A stretch of 63,910 nucleotides of DNA, filler included, from Craspedostauros australis (Eukaryota), in NCBI GenBank assembly GCA_030167865.1. It is 21 parts of 21 records of this genome, joined end to end, with 100 filler letters (N's around TTAATTAATTAA, not from the genome) between each part and the next. Parts side by side here need not be neighbours in the genome. Positions count along the whole stretch, not along the records: positions 1 to 1,953 come from JALAGF010002199.1; positions 2,054 to 4,006 come from JALAGF010002200.1; positions 4,107 to 5,546 come from JALAGF010002201.1; positions 5,647 to 7,100 come from JALAGF010002202.1; positions 7,201 to 8,313 come from JALAGF010002203.1; positions 8,414 to 10,260 come from JALAGF010002204.1; positions 10,361 to 12,060 come from JALAGF010002205.1; 14 more parts are not named here. One strand, 5' to 3'. Shown here piece after piece: positions 1 through 12,160 of this stretch; position 1 is the first letter of the stretch; every line of letters begins with the position of its first letter. Under the pieces are notes generated by a model. It made no database searches. It had not been told where the DNA came from and saw only the letters and a list, made by a program, of their open reading frames with translations. The translations under genes and the position numbers were made by a program.

Positions 1-1953
1 GAAGAATGAGGAAATCATAGACTTCATCCGACGGTCGAAACTCGATGTGCTAGCGATGGCGGAGACAAACTTGAGATGGAACCACGTGCGTCCCCATGAT
101 CAATGGGAAGAACGAGTGCGCGGTAAAGTCAAACGATCCAAGCATATATTCTCGTACAACATCCACGAGCAAGGGCGCGAACCAAGGCTGTACGGAGGGA
201 CAGGCGTTGTTCTCACAGAGCAGATGGCGGCAAGAACCTTTCAGTACGGAGTTGATGAGAGTGGCATGGGGAGATGGTCCTGGTGCAAGATCGAAGGAAA
301 AAGGCACAAGACTGTGAGAGTGGTGGCAGCATATAGACCGTGCAAATCCACCGCAGGTGACACCACCGTGTGGAGCCAGCAGGTGCGAGTGCTGAGTACG
401 CAGGGGCGACAAGTCGATCCCCACGAGGCATGGATTCATGACCTACAAGAACTAGTGCGAAGGTGGAAAGGAGACGGGGATTCGATTGTGATAGGTGTAG
501 ACCTAAACGAGGACGTCGACCAAGGACAGACAGCACAGGCGCTACGCGCGGTGGGACTCAAGAATTCGGTGGCCGAACACACTGGAGTGCAGTCACGCCG
601 ATCCACCCAACAGCGGAACCTGACAGACACTCCTATTGATGCAATTTTTGTGTCTGAAGGACTTGACTTGGTCAGAGCTGGATATACAGCGTTTGGAGAT
701 GCCATTCCATCGGATCATTGAGCGATTTGGATCGACTTGAGTTTTGATCAGGTTTTGGGAGCTGGAGTGCAGCGAGTGAAATCTTCACAGCCCCGAAGGC
801 TGGTACTCAGCAACCCGAAGGTGGTACAAAAGTACAATGATGCGGTGCTCGAAGAATACGGGAAACACCGAATCCATCAGAGGGCCATGAAACTACTTGC
901 GAAGGCGAAGGCGCAAGGATGGGAGCTCAATGCGGCCCAGCGCAGAGAATATGACGGCCTGATGACCCAAGTCAACCAAATCCGAAGACATGCAGAGAAG
1001 AGGAGTAGGAAGTTGACTATGGGGGAAGTCTCGTGGTCTCCAGAGGTACAGCACGCCCGCAACCAAGTCCGACACTGGTGTATCGAAGTCAAGTACTGGA
1101 AAGGGGTGAAAATCAGCTCATCTCTAAGGAAACGGGTCAGGGAGCAGTCAGGGTGTGAAGAGGCCACATCGTTGGAAACAGCGATGACCGAACAGTCGAA
1201 GGCGTACAAGTCCTATTACATCGTCAAAAAGGAACATCAACGAGCTCGGCAAGAGCATCTTGTTGAACTGGCAAGACTGCGACACGACAGCCATGAGCAA
1301 GACTATGAAACTGCTATAAAAACTCTCATGAACCGAGAACGGCAGCGGGAACAGGCCGGCAGGCTTCGCGCAGTGTTTGGAAAAGGAAAGGCAATGACCA
1401 CCAAGGTCCTTTATACTGACGAGGACGGAGCAGTACACGAGTGCACGGAGCAACGTGATATTGTGGAGGCATGTATCGTAGAGAACAAACGACGGTTCTC
1501 ACAAGCACACGATACCCCCTGCATGTCAGGTCGGGGGAGGCAGGTGATGGACAAGATCTGGAACCCTGGTACAGCGGCCGATTTGCTCCAGGTTGACGGG
1601 AGCACCACAACGTACGATAATCCTATCTGGCGTGACCTTATGCAGGCTCTTGAGCCAGTGGAGGGTGACGTGGACGAGCTCACAGTCAAGGAACACGTGA
1701 AGGCGTGGAAAAAACAAACTGAGCTCACCAACTCCGAGCCAAGTAATCCACACTTTGGGCACTACAAGTCGGCGGTATGGGATGAGACTCTTGCGGAGGT
1801 GGACATGGCTATGCGTGAAATACCGTATCAAACAGGCCATTCACCGGCAGAGTGGCAACGTGTCACGGATGTGGAGATCCTGAAAAAGGCGCAAGTGTTT
1901 AACATTGAGAAGATGAGAACCATACAACTGATGGATGCTCAATTCAACCTCAA
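1..1953 (+). mobile_element. Non-LTR retrotransposon (Ambal/L1-like) ORF2 fragment: APE endonuclease to start of RT; disrupted by TGA at 719-721
   Basis: APE motifs ETNLRW, YGGTG, GRWSW, AYRPC, GVDLN, IDAIF and SDH; RT entry motifs W...DVEILKK and RTIQLMDA. The stop corresponds to CGA in the twin copy. Confidence 0.88.
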
Positions 1954-2053
1954 NNNNNNNNNNNNNNNNNNNNNNNNNNNNNNNNNNNNNNNNNNNNTTA
2001 ATTAATTAANNNNNNNNNNNNNNNNNNNNNNNNNNNNNNNNNNNNNNNNNNNN
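1954..2053. other. Artificial contig linker (44N-TTAATTAATTAA-44N); first of 20 identical linkers
   Basis: The same 100-bp N-padded six-frame-stop cassette recurs 20 times; sequence content changes abruptly across each. Confidence 0.99.
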
Positions 2054-4006
2054 GAAGAATGAGGAAATCATAGACTTCATCCGACGGTCGAAACTCGATG
2101 TGCTAGCGATGGCGGAGACAAACTTGAGATGGAACCACGTGCGTCCCCATGATCAATGGGAAGAACGAGTGCGCGGTAAAGTCAAACGATCCAAGCATAT
2201 ATTCTCGTACAACATCCACGAGCAAGGGCGCGAACCAAGGCTGTACGGAGGGACAGGCGTTGTTCTCACAGAGCAGATGGCGGCAAGAACCTTTCAGTAC
2301 GGAGTTGATGAGAGTGGCATGGGGAGATGGTCCTGGTGCAAGATCGAAGGAAAAAGGCACAAGACTGTGAGAGTGGTGGCAGCATATAGACCGTGCAAAT
2401 CCACCGCAGGTGACACCACCGTGTGGAGCCAGCAGGTGCGAGTGCTGAGTACGCAGGGGCGACAAGTCGATCCCCACGAGGCATGGATTCATGACCTACA
2501 AGAACTAGTGCGAAGGTGGAAAGGAGACGGGGATTCGATTGTGATAGGTGTAGACCTAAACGAGGACGTTGACCAAGGACAGACAGCACAGGCGCTACGC
2601 GCGGTGGGACTCAAGAATTCGGTGGCCGACCACACTGGAGTGCAGTCACGCCGATCCACCCAACAGCGGAACCTGACAGACACTCCTATTGATGCAATCT
2701 TTGTGTCTGAAGGACTTGACTTGGTCAGAGCTGGATATACAGCGTTTGGAGATGCCATTCCATCGGATCATCGAGCGATTTGGATCGACTTGAGTTTTGA
2801 ACAGGTTTTGGGAGCTGGAGTGCAGCGAGTGAAATCTTCACAGCCCCGGAGGCTGGTGCTCAGCAACCCGAAGGTGGTACAAAAGTACAACGACGCGGTG
2901 CTCGAAGAATACGGGAAACACCGAATCCATCAGAGGGCCACGAAACTACTTGCGAAGGCGAAGGCGCAAGGATGGGAGCTTAATGCGGCCCAGCGCAGAG
3001 AATATGACGGCCTGATGACCCAAGTCAACCAAATCCGAAGACATGCAGAGAAGAGGAGTAGAAAGTTGACTATGGGGGAAGTCTCGTGGTCTCCAGAGGT
3101 ACAGCACGCCCGCAACCAAGTCCGACACTGGTGTATCGAAGTCAAGCACTGGAAAGGGGTAAAAATCAGCTCATCTCTAAGGAAACGGGTCAGGGAGCAG
3201 TCAGGGTGTGAAGAGGCCACATCGTTGGAAACAGCGATGACCGAACAGTCGAAGGCGTACAAGTCCTATTACACCGTCAAAAAGGAACATCAACGAGCTC
3301 GGCAAGAGCATCTTGTCGAACTGGCAAGACTGCGACACGACAGCCATGAGCAAGACTATGAAACTGCTATAAAAACTCTCATGAACCGAGAGCGGCAGCG
3401 GGAACAGGCCGGCAGGCTTCGCGCAGTGTTTGGAAAAGGAAAGGCGATGACCACCAAGGTCCTTTATACTGACGAGGACGGAGCAGTACACGAGTGCACG
3501 GAGCAACGTGATATTGTGGAGGCGTGTATTGTAGAGAACAAACGACGGTTCTCACAAGCACACGATACCCCTTGCATGTCAGGTCGGGGGAGGCAGGTGA
3601 TGGACAAGATCTGGAACCCTGATACAGCGGCTGATCTGTTCCGGGCTGACGGGAGCGCCACAACGTACGATAATCCTATCTGGCGTGACCTTATGCAGGC
3701 TCTTGAGCCAGTGGAGGGTGACGTGGACGAGCTCACAGTCAAGGAACACGTGAAGGCGTGGAAAAAACAAACTGAGCTCACCAACTCCGAGCCAAGTAAT
3801 CCACACTTTGGGCACTACAAGTCGGCGGTATGGGATGAGACTCTTGCGGAGGTGGACATGGCTATGCGTGAAATACCGTATCAAACAGGCCATTCACCGG
3901 CAGAGTGGCAACGTGTCACGGATGTGGAGATCCTGAAAAAGGCGCAAGTGTTTAACATTGAGAAGATGAGAACCATACAACTGATGGATGCTCAATTCAA
4001 CCTCAA
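2054..4006 (+). mobile_element. Non-LTR retrotransposon (Ambal/L1-like) ORF2 fragment with intact frame (APE endonuclease + start of RT)
   Basis: Near-identical to 1-1953 with the same start and end points; open frame throughout (ORF 2100..4006). Confidence 0.9.
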
Positions 4007-4106
4007 NNNNNNNNNNNNNNNNNNNNNNNNNNNNNNNNNNNNNNNNNNNNTTAATTAATTAANNNNNNNNNNNNNNNNNNNNNNNNNNNNNNNNNNNNNN
4101 NNNNNN

Positions 4107-5546
4107 AGTATGTGCCTAACCCAGGCATGTCCACGATGGTGGCAGCCACCACAGAGAAGCTCCAAGCCATGGCAAGAAAGCACAGAAGCTGCATTTGGCA
4201 GCCGTGCCAACTTCGACTGGACAGGGACTTCCAATTGGACATGCTGGACGGCCACTATGGAACGACCACTCTTGGGCAGTTCTTGGCAACACAAGTCACT
4301 CCAGAAGGCAACCCATACATCCACGACGTTCACACAACGCACATGTTGGATGGAGACAAGGATGCCATCCACATAGTGGCTTCCAAAGACCGTTTCGACC
4401 AAGCACGGGCCATCATCAACTTGATCACAGTTGTGTGCAGCACAGAAACAAACTTGCTCACAGACGAGTGGTTCTCCAACAACATCATTGACATGAGCAG
4501 AGGATCCACCAAGGAAGAAGGCAGGGACAGCTATATGGACAAGGAAGTTGAAGGGTTCCTAGACTTCATCATGGATGAAGACATGGGCGTGGTGGTCCTT
4601 GAGGGGATGTAAGGCATGGAAGACGATATGGTGGCAACAAAACAGGAATGCGAAGGCGGTCCTCCAGACCGGCCAAAAAAGAAGAAGCTGGATGATGAGA
4701 GCTTCTGCACGTTCATCACAGAATGCGGGAAGTCACTTNCNTCTACAGTATANAGTGTGGCAACTTCAACAGAGGGCATGAATGGTGAGGGAACAGAGAC
4801 AGAGCATGCAATCTGGGAGGTGCACGAACGCCAAGAAGCAGAATGCAACAAGAAAACAGTGGAGGAACAACAACAACAACTTATCGAGCACGAACGTATC
4901 ATCAAGGAGCTCCAAGTACAGCACGCCAAAGCTGGGCCCAAGGACTCCAACCCTCCTGCCTCAAGCACGGGCGGGGGCAAGGCTCTGAATAGCGCAAGGC
5001 TGGGGGTAGGCAAAGCACCAATAACCGCCCCTGCAAGCCCAACATATGCACAAGTGGAGGTAGTGGGTCGGGAANAGTGCCACCTCCAAAGCCCTTGCTG
5101 CNGCAACAACCCACATGACAAAGGGAGCCACACAACATGGCTTGGCGCCCTGAACATTGGATGTCTCCCTGTNGAAGCTGGACACTGGAAGAACAGAGAT
5201 TTATGGCAACGGATCAAAACGCAAAAAAATGGACATATCTCTGCTCTCTGAGCTTGGGCTGAACTGGGCAAAAGTTCTGTGCCAGTACTCCTGGCAAATG
5301 TGGACAAAAGGCCATTTCAGCTCTAGCCGCCATGCAAAGGCGCACAGCACACATGAAACCGTCAGGCCAATACGTCAGTGTGTGTGAGGGGGACTACACC
5401 GACATCATGCATGGCTAGCCCTGCACACCACCATCTCCAGGACGTTGGAGTACCCTCTGGCAAGCTCCACGTTCACCAAGGAAGAGGCAGAGCACATCAT
5501 GAGGCCAATGCTTCAAGTGGCACTGCCTGCAGCTGAGATACAATGC
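4107..5546 (+). mobile_element. Degenerate, internally deleted LINE: ORF1 C-terminus + endonuclease N-terminus + post-RT region
   Basis: LNIGCLP..KN..D.SLLSELGLNW...HSTHE aligns with KNEE..DVLAMAETNLRW...YNIHE of the 1-4006 copies. It is followed immediately by AWLALHTTISRTLEYPL..FTKEEAEHIMRP, a post-RT block. Stops and frameshifts are present. Confidence 0.7.
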
Positions 5547-5646
5547 NNNNNNNNNNNNNNNNNNNNNNNNNNNNNNNNNNNNNNNNNNNNTTAATTAATT
5601 AANNNNNNNNNNNNNNNNNNNNNNNNNNNNNNNNNNNNNNNNNNNN

Positions 5647-5693
5647 GAGGGGGAAGTCAACACCATCAACTGTGATACTCACACATCCACGTG

Positions 5694-5731
<38 letters not shown>

Positions 5732-6030
5732 GTACAACCAGCCACAACACACCGTACAACCAGCCACAACACACAACAACATGTGAGACCGTGATGCAAC
5801 AGTCAACACACAATGAACTATCTGTCAACACCATTCCAACTACTGGAGGATGGCACAAGTCCCATGAAATGGCTGACTTGTGGGGGAGGAGGGGGAACAA
5901 CACCATCAACTGTGATACTCACGCATCCACGTGCTCACTCACACACACACACACTGCCACATTGTACAACCAGCCACAACACGCAACAACATGTGAGACC
6001 GTGATGCAACAGTCAACACACAATGAACCA
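5647..6030. repeat. ~242-bp tandem repeat with internal (CA)n tract; same family as 35585-36200 in reverse orientation
   Basis: Unit start GAGGGGGAA(GT/CA)CAACACCATCAACTGTGATACTC at 5647 and 5889; reverse complement at ~35608, ~35836 and ~36050. Confidence 0.92.
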
Positions 6031-6525
6031 ACGATATCGCGCGAAACAGCGTACCTACGACCAAACGAGTTGCACAGGAGTGCAATAATGATGCTTCAAC
6101 ACAGTTTCCACACATATCAGTCTACGGTGTTGGAATCTAGATGTACTGAAAGTATGACAAACTTCCAGTTTTGTTAAACCCTAACCCTACACCAACAACA
6201 ACAGTCACAATGGTGCCACTCACATCCACTACTGGCACTCACAACACACACTACAATGGCCAGAATGTGCCATCACTTTCATCAACAACACACACATGAC
6301 GACACATGACAATGCTTGACAATGTATGACTCCGCTATTGCACCTGCTGCCACTACAGCCACAACGATGGTCATGATGTTCGTCCCAAGCACGGTCACGT
6401 TGGTTCCACTCACATTCACTCACAGTACGCATTGCAGCCACTATAATCATTTAGTAGAACACCTTGGTGCAAACATGCACTGCATCCACCATTAACAACC
6501 AGTTCATACACAGATCGCTGCAGAT

Positions 6526-6640
6526 AGCCACTACAATTAGCCACTACAATCAGCTACTACAATCAGCTACTACAATCAGCTACTACAATTAGCCACTACA
6601 ATTAGTTGCGACAATCAGCTACTACAATCAGCTACTATAC
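6526..6640. repeat. 13-bp minisatellite (YAGCYACTACAAT), about 9 copies
   Basis: Direct reading: tagccactacaat / cagctactacaat repeated head to tail. Confidence 0.92.
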
Positions 6641-7758
6641 ACAGGCAATACACACACAGACCACAACAGACGCCCACAACAGTCTCTGCAAGCAGCCACT
6701 GCTCGCAGTTACTGGAAACAAGCACCACACACACAGACCACAACAGACACTCACGACATCTAGAACACACACACCTGCCCACTCCAACCATGACAAAATA
6801 GCTACTGCAATCATGCGATACACAGACCAAGATTGACACATTGAACAGCCTTCTGACAGCTACAAATGGCGAAACTGACATCTGGATACATGAATGTCAC
6901 CGCATGGTGAGTATTCACCATATTGTGGTACGTCTCAAAACAGCGAGTTGCGTTCAGCCAAACACCAACACTAGCATTAATCAGGTCATGGTTTTTGAGT
7001 GGATTGACGAACTGGCATGGCGAACGATGGATGTGAAAGGGAGACCGGAACACCGAAGTGTTCCAAGCATGAGGGTTGACCGGTTAACCTGAAACATCTA
7101 NNNNNNNNNNNNNNNNNNNNNNNNNNNNNNNNNNNNNNNNNNNNTTAATTAATTAANNNNNNNNNNNNNNNNNNNNNNNNNNNNNNNNNNNNNNNNNNNN
7201 ACGATTGGCGTTGGATTGGCTGTCAAGGAAGTGTGCAGTCTGAGCTATCTGTGGCAGAGATATCGATGGTATGTCTTCAATAGCTTGTATTGGTATAATA
7301 TGAGTACCATGCACTGTGTGATGAATGTGAGTGGCAATTCGATGTCTGTATTGAAACGGTGGCGGTAGTTGGGTATGAGTTCGTATCCAATGTGTTGTTT
7401 GATGGATTGTGTCTTCTGTGTTTTGGTTTCTCTTTTTTTGCGTTGAGTCTTCTGTGGTTGTTGTTGTTTACTGCTGATCGTGACTCATTCGAGTCCTCGT
7501 GACTGGTTTCGCTCCAATACAAAGCAACAACAATTTGGAGTGAAACGGTCGAAAGTGACGAAAATGGATCGAAACACGACAAAATCTTGTGCACACACTC
7601 ATGATGCACAACACAACACTGTTCGCCAGAATACAACCGACAATGGGACTATCCCAAGGAGGGCGGAGGGCAATGACGATGACAGAAGCAATAGGCACTC
7701 GTATGGTACGAGCTGAAGCCACCGAGCACCTCCTGCCGCATCCCATCGCTCCACAGCA

Positions 7759-8313
7759 ATGACTTTGAACACACCGTTCACTGCCGTCGCACCTGGCAGG
7801 GTGTGCTTGTTTGGCGAGCACCAGGACTACCTCGATCTGCCGGTCATCGCCTGCGCCATTCCGCTGACATGCCGGATCGAGGTGACGCCCACCCCAGATT
7901 CTGCATGCATCGATCTGATCGTGCCGCAGCTGGATCAGCACTTCACTTACGATCTGCACCCGATCTCATCACAGGTGTCACCATGCAGGAACAATGGCAA
8001 AGACGGTGAAAGCAACGACGGTGAGGACGATGATGACGGTGAGGTCATGGATTTTGCGTTATCCGCATTGCAGGAGGCCTTCCAGGACGGATGGGAGTTC
8101 CGCAACGGCGGTGCCAGATGCGTTTCCACAACCGACATCCCATTGCAATCGGGTTGCAGCAGCTCGACGGCCTTCGTCGCGGCATGGATCCTGGTGCTGT
8201 CGCGATTGGCGTCACAACCTCGCCACAATGACGATGATTTGGCCCGGCTTGCGCATCGCGCGGAAGTCACGCACTTCGGCGCACCGGGCGGCACGATGGA
8301 TCATGTGTCGATC
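7759..8313 (+). CDS. galK: GHMP-family sugar kinase (galactokinase-like), 3'-truncated by contig end
   Basis: APGRVCLFGEHQDY galactose-binding motif, IPLQSGCSSSTA ATP-binding loop, and LAHRAEV..FGAPGGTMD. Confidence 0.85.
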
Positions 8314-8413
8314 NNNNNNNNNNNNNNNNNNNNNNNNNNNNNNNNNNNNNNNNNNNNTTAATTAATTAANNNNNNNNNNNNNNNNNNNNNNNNNNNNNNN
8401 NNNNNNNNNNNNN

Positions 8414-8565
8414 CGAAACAGATTGAAGCACCGAGAGCATCGGGCAAGAGAACGGGCGTACACCGAGAGGATCGGAGTAGCCAACTAATGAAATAGCGAA
8501 CAGACGACTATCAACCAACACCATCTTCCACGATCGTAGGTTACCGTGAGCGGAACTTGCCAACA
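8414..8565 (+). repeat. Copia LTR family A, 3' end (…GAACTTGCCAACA)
   Basis: Matches 19310-19461 and, in reverse, the starts of the copies at 9351 and 20000; ends in CA. Confidence 0.8.
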
Positions 8566-9350
8566 ACCGCGGAGATTGCTGCGCTACCGTCCTACGTCAT
8601 GAAGGAGTATCAGGACGTCACTCTCTCAGCCGACATCATGAAGGTCAATAGCATTCCGTTCCTTGTCGCCATCGCAAAACACATCAAGTTCGGAACCGTC
8701 GCCAAGCTAGACTCTGAGTCTGGTGCATCCATCACAAAACAGCTCCTGAGTGTCATCAAGCTCTACAAACAACGAGGATTCAAGGTCACCATGGTCCTCA
8801 CCGACAACCAGTTCGAATCCATCCGTGGCAATCTTGCAGCAGCAGGCACAGGCCTCAACGTCACATCTCGTGACGAGCACGTCCCAGCAGTGGAGAGATA
8901 CATCCGGACCATCAAAGAATGAGCCCGCAGCACGTACAACGCGCTGCCATTCAAGCATTACCCACCAGGACTCATCGTCAAAATGGTGTGCAACACTGTC
9001 TACTGGCTGAACATGTTCCCGCATCACGACGGAACCTCCAAGCGGATGAGCCCAGCCGAAATCGTGGTTGGACGCAAACTCGACTTCCACAAGCACTATA
9101 AAGTGGAATTCGGAACGTACGTGCAGACCCATGAGGAGTATGGCAACAGCATGCAACCCAGGACCGTTGGAGCCATCGCTCTGCGCCCATCTGGGAACGA
9201 TCAAGGAGGATATTACTTCCACAGTCTTCTCACTGGAAGGCGTCTACATTGCAGAAGCTGGACGGAACTGCTGATGCCCGATGCGGTGATCGATCACGTT
9301 CACACTCTCGCCAAGAAGACCAGAGGCAAGGGAAACATGTTATTCACCGA
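8566..9350 (+). mobile_element. Ty1/Copia (CoDi-type) integrase fragment, pseudogenised (TGA at 8920-8922)
   Basis: ADIMKVNSIPFL, TDNQF, EHVPAVERYIRTIKE*AR, YWLNMFP, FGTYVQTHE and GNDQGGYYF..L.TGR motifs. Confidence 0.9.
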
Positions 9351-10115
9351 TGTTGGTAAGTTCCATGATTGCAAGCCTACGATTGTGGAAGACGGTGTTG
9401 TTGATAGGCGTTCTGTTTGCTATTTCATTAGTTGGCACTCCAATCCTCCCGGTGTCCATTCTCTTGCCTGATGCTCTCGGTGCTTCAATCTGTTTCGTAG
9501 ATTCAGTCTCCGACTATGAGTCGGTGCGCGAGATGCTCTCTCGCTACTCTTCTTATTCTCTCTCTCTCTCTCTCAACATCGTGTGCTTGTGCTACACGAT
9601 GCTCTGTGTTCGATGCGTACTCCGCATTCGACACTCCGTTCATTCAGTACTGGCTCCTACTCCATGAGTACTTACCATTTGAACTTCACCTCCTGTATCC
9701 ATGATCTTGATGCCCTTCGGTCATCGGATCTTCGTCTCCTGCTCTGACTTGGAGACAGATGTCGATGTGGTGACACAATGACATCCTGTCGACGTCAGTA
9801 GGCGTCCTTCTGCTCTCCAGATGTCACGTTCCATTGGTGATGCAGTGGTCTGTCAGATGATATCGTCATCTGAGGTTTAGTTGGGAAGTACCTCGAGATT
9901 CTCTTGGTACCATACGTTTCCATTGATGGATGGACGGACGATGATTCTAATTCTCTCAGAAATCGTTGATTGCAAATTTCCTCCAGAAATCCTGCTCATT
10001 TTCGTGTGTTCCATTTCCGCTGTAATTCTGACGAATCACAGTATACTATCGACACGAGTGTAGTTATACCGTCCAAATGCGTATGAGAGAATAATGGGTG
10101 AACGATGCACATATA
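9351..10115 (-). repeat. Copia LTR family A, near-complete copy (reverse)
   Basis: Starts TGTTGG; colinear with 20000-20765; contains a (CT)n tract. Confidence 0.8.
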
Positions 10116-10360
10116 TCCCTCATGAGATTTTGGGCCCCCGATGTGACAAATTTGGCACTTCACATCGATGTGACACATTTGGATCGATGTGCCACATTTG
10201 TCACATCCTGTGTGTTCGCATCGGCCAGCTGAGGTGGTACTGATAATGTTTTTTCGACTTNNNNNNNNNNNNNNNNNNNNNNNNNNNNNNNNNNNNNNNN
10301 NNNNTTAATTAATTAANNNNNNNNNNNNNNNNNNNNNNNNNNNNNNNNNNNNNNNNNNNN

Positions 10361-11253
10361 GCACTCGCGCCAGTGCAGGAGGAATCGAGAATGAGAGGGT
10401 TCGGCCCCATGTCCTTGCAGGCGCTGCTGTCGGTACATGCTGTGATGGCGATGGTCATGAATGGAGGAGAGTTGGACGCAGAGCCGGTGGTTGAGGTGCA
10501 TCCCGATGATCCTTGGCAGCATGGATTGGCGACAGATGGAGATTGGGCTATTCCGATGGTCATGCACGCCGCCTTCATTGCATCAGGTCGTTCGGTGACA
10601 AGGATTGGGTTTGTGGCAGCGATCAAGGCCAATTGGCCAGCAAGCATGTCATCCGATGCGTACTTGTTGAAGAGCTTGCGAGCGGCTCCTTCTCCAAGGT
10701 TCCCTGCGCATCCAAAGAAGTTCTGCAATGCCATGGATTCCCTCACGGCGATCACAGCCTCACGGCATGATGGCTTGGCAGAGTTGCAGATGATGATCTT
10801 GGGTTTGGCTTCATATGGTGTGAGGATGGTGGGGCCATCGGGCTTGCAGACAACGGAGATGGTGGAATCGAAATCCATCGGAGGAGCTGATGGAACTGGA
10901 GCTGGTGGCGAGGTCGGCGATGGGGTCGGAGAGCGTGTGGGATCGGCTGTTGGATGAGCGCTTGGAATCCATGTGGGCATGGTGGTTAGATCTGCAGCCT
11001 CATTGGAGGTCGAAGGCATTGGTGATGGCGGAATGGAGGGATCCAAGACTTCGTTTTTGTTTGTTTTGGCACCCTTGTTGTTGCCAACGCCGACAACAGC
11101 CTTGATTGTGCGAGTGGCTTGCAATGCCAGGTGCATTTCATCCACAACGTCCATGGTCTTATCTCCGTTGAGGCGTGCTTCAGCCACCGTCATGAAGGCA
11201 AGAAGGAAAATGGCGGTGGCGATTGTTTTGGTGTTGATCATAATGATCATCAT
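10361..11253 (-). CDS. N-terminal part of a secreted Cys-rich/PT-rich surface protein (continues in 12161-14336)
   Basis: Signal peptide (IATAIFLLAFMTVAEA-RL) and PT/PS-rich stretch; 10361-10750 is the reverse complement of 12161-12550. Confidence 0.88.
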
Positions 11254-12160
11254 GGTTGTCGCGCCGTATGGTATGTTGTGGAGTGATGGAACGATGGGAT
11301 TCGTTGCTGGCTTGTTGCTGTTGCTGTAAGTTTCCGATTTGAGTTGGAGCTTGTTTATTTTGTGAGGAGAATGATTCTGACGATGATGATGGTCCTTTTG
11401 CTTCCTGTTTTCCCCTCAGACACCGTCAAGAGCAAGGGGCTTCGACTGTTGGAGTTGGAGAGCACATGTTTGGTGATGTGTGTGGATGTTGCACTTGGTC
11501 GCGTTGAGTTGAGATGAGTTCGATTGACTTCACTCATGGCGGAATACCTGATGCATCGAAACGCACCCTGATACCAACTGCGGTTGAAGTCTGCGTGGGC
11601 CACCCTCAGAGTTGGAGATGAAGTATCAGAAACCACGAACCAACCTTCGCATGCAGGATGGATCCGTTCGCATCGTGTTGTGATGTGCGAAACGTTGTCC
11701 CCATGGCGTTGCTGTTGCTTCGCCAGATCAACATGACATTGGCTTACTTCAGCCCGTGCCCTTGTCTGTTCCTTCGCTCTTGTTTTTGCTCTCACTCTCA
11801 TTCTCATTCTCGCTTTTGATCTTGGGTTTGATCTTGTTCTGTGAATACCGGAGTGTCATCAGAGAGACACTTCACTTCACGTCGCATCGGAGCCTTGGCG
11901 CATCTTTCCATCCATCAGACTGTAATACCATGCACTCCAATCGTGCAGATGTCTGCTGCAGTTTGTGGGAGGTTAACGCGAAGGATCGGTGGATCAATGG
12001 AGCAACCTTTGCATGGAGTACTTGTAGTAGTACTCGTTCTTGCGCTCGTATGCAGGATTGNNNNNNNNNNNNNNNNNNNNNNNNNNNNNNNNNNNNNNNN
12101 NNNNTTAATTAATTAANNNNNNNNNNNNNNNNNNNNNNNNNNNNNNNNNNNNNNNNNNNN

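Noticed and set aside
719..721. In-frame TGA as selenocysteine or programmed read-through
   Set aside because: The twin copy has CGA (Arg) at the same position; this is simple CpG decay.
1998..2009. TTAATTAATTAA recurring 20 times, as a biological repeat or att site
   Set aside because: Always centred in exactly 88 Ns; it is a standard six-frame-stop concatenation linker.
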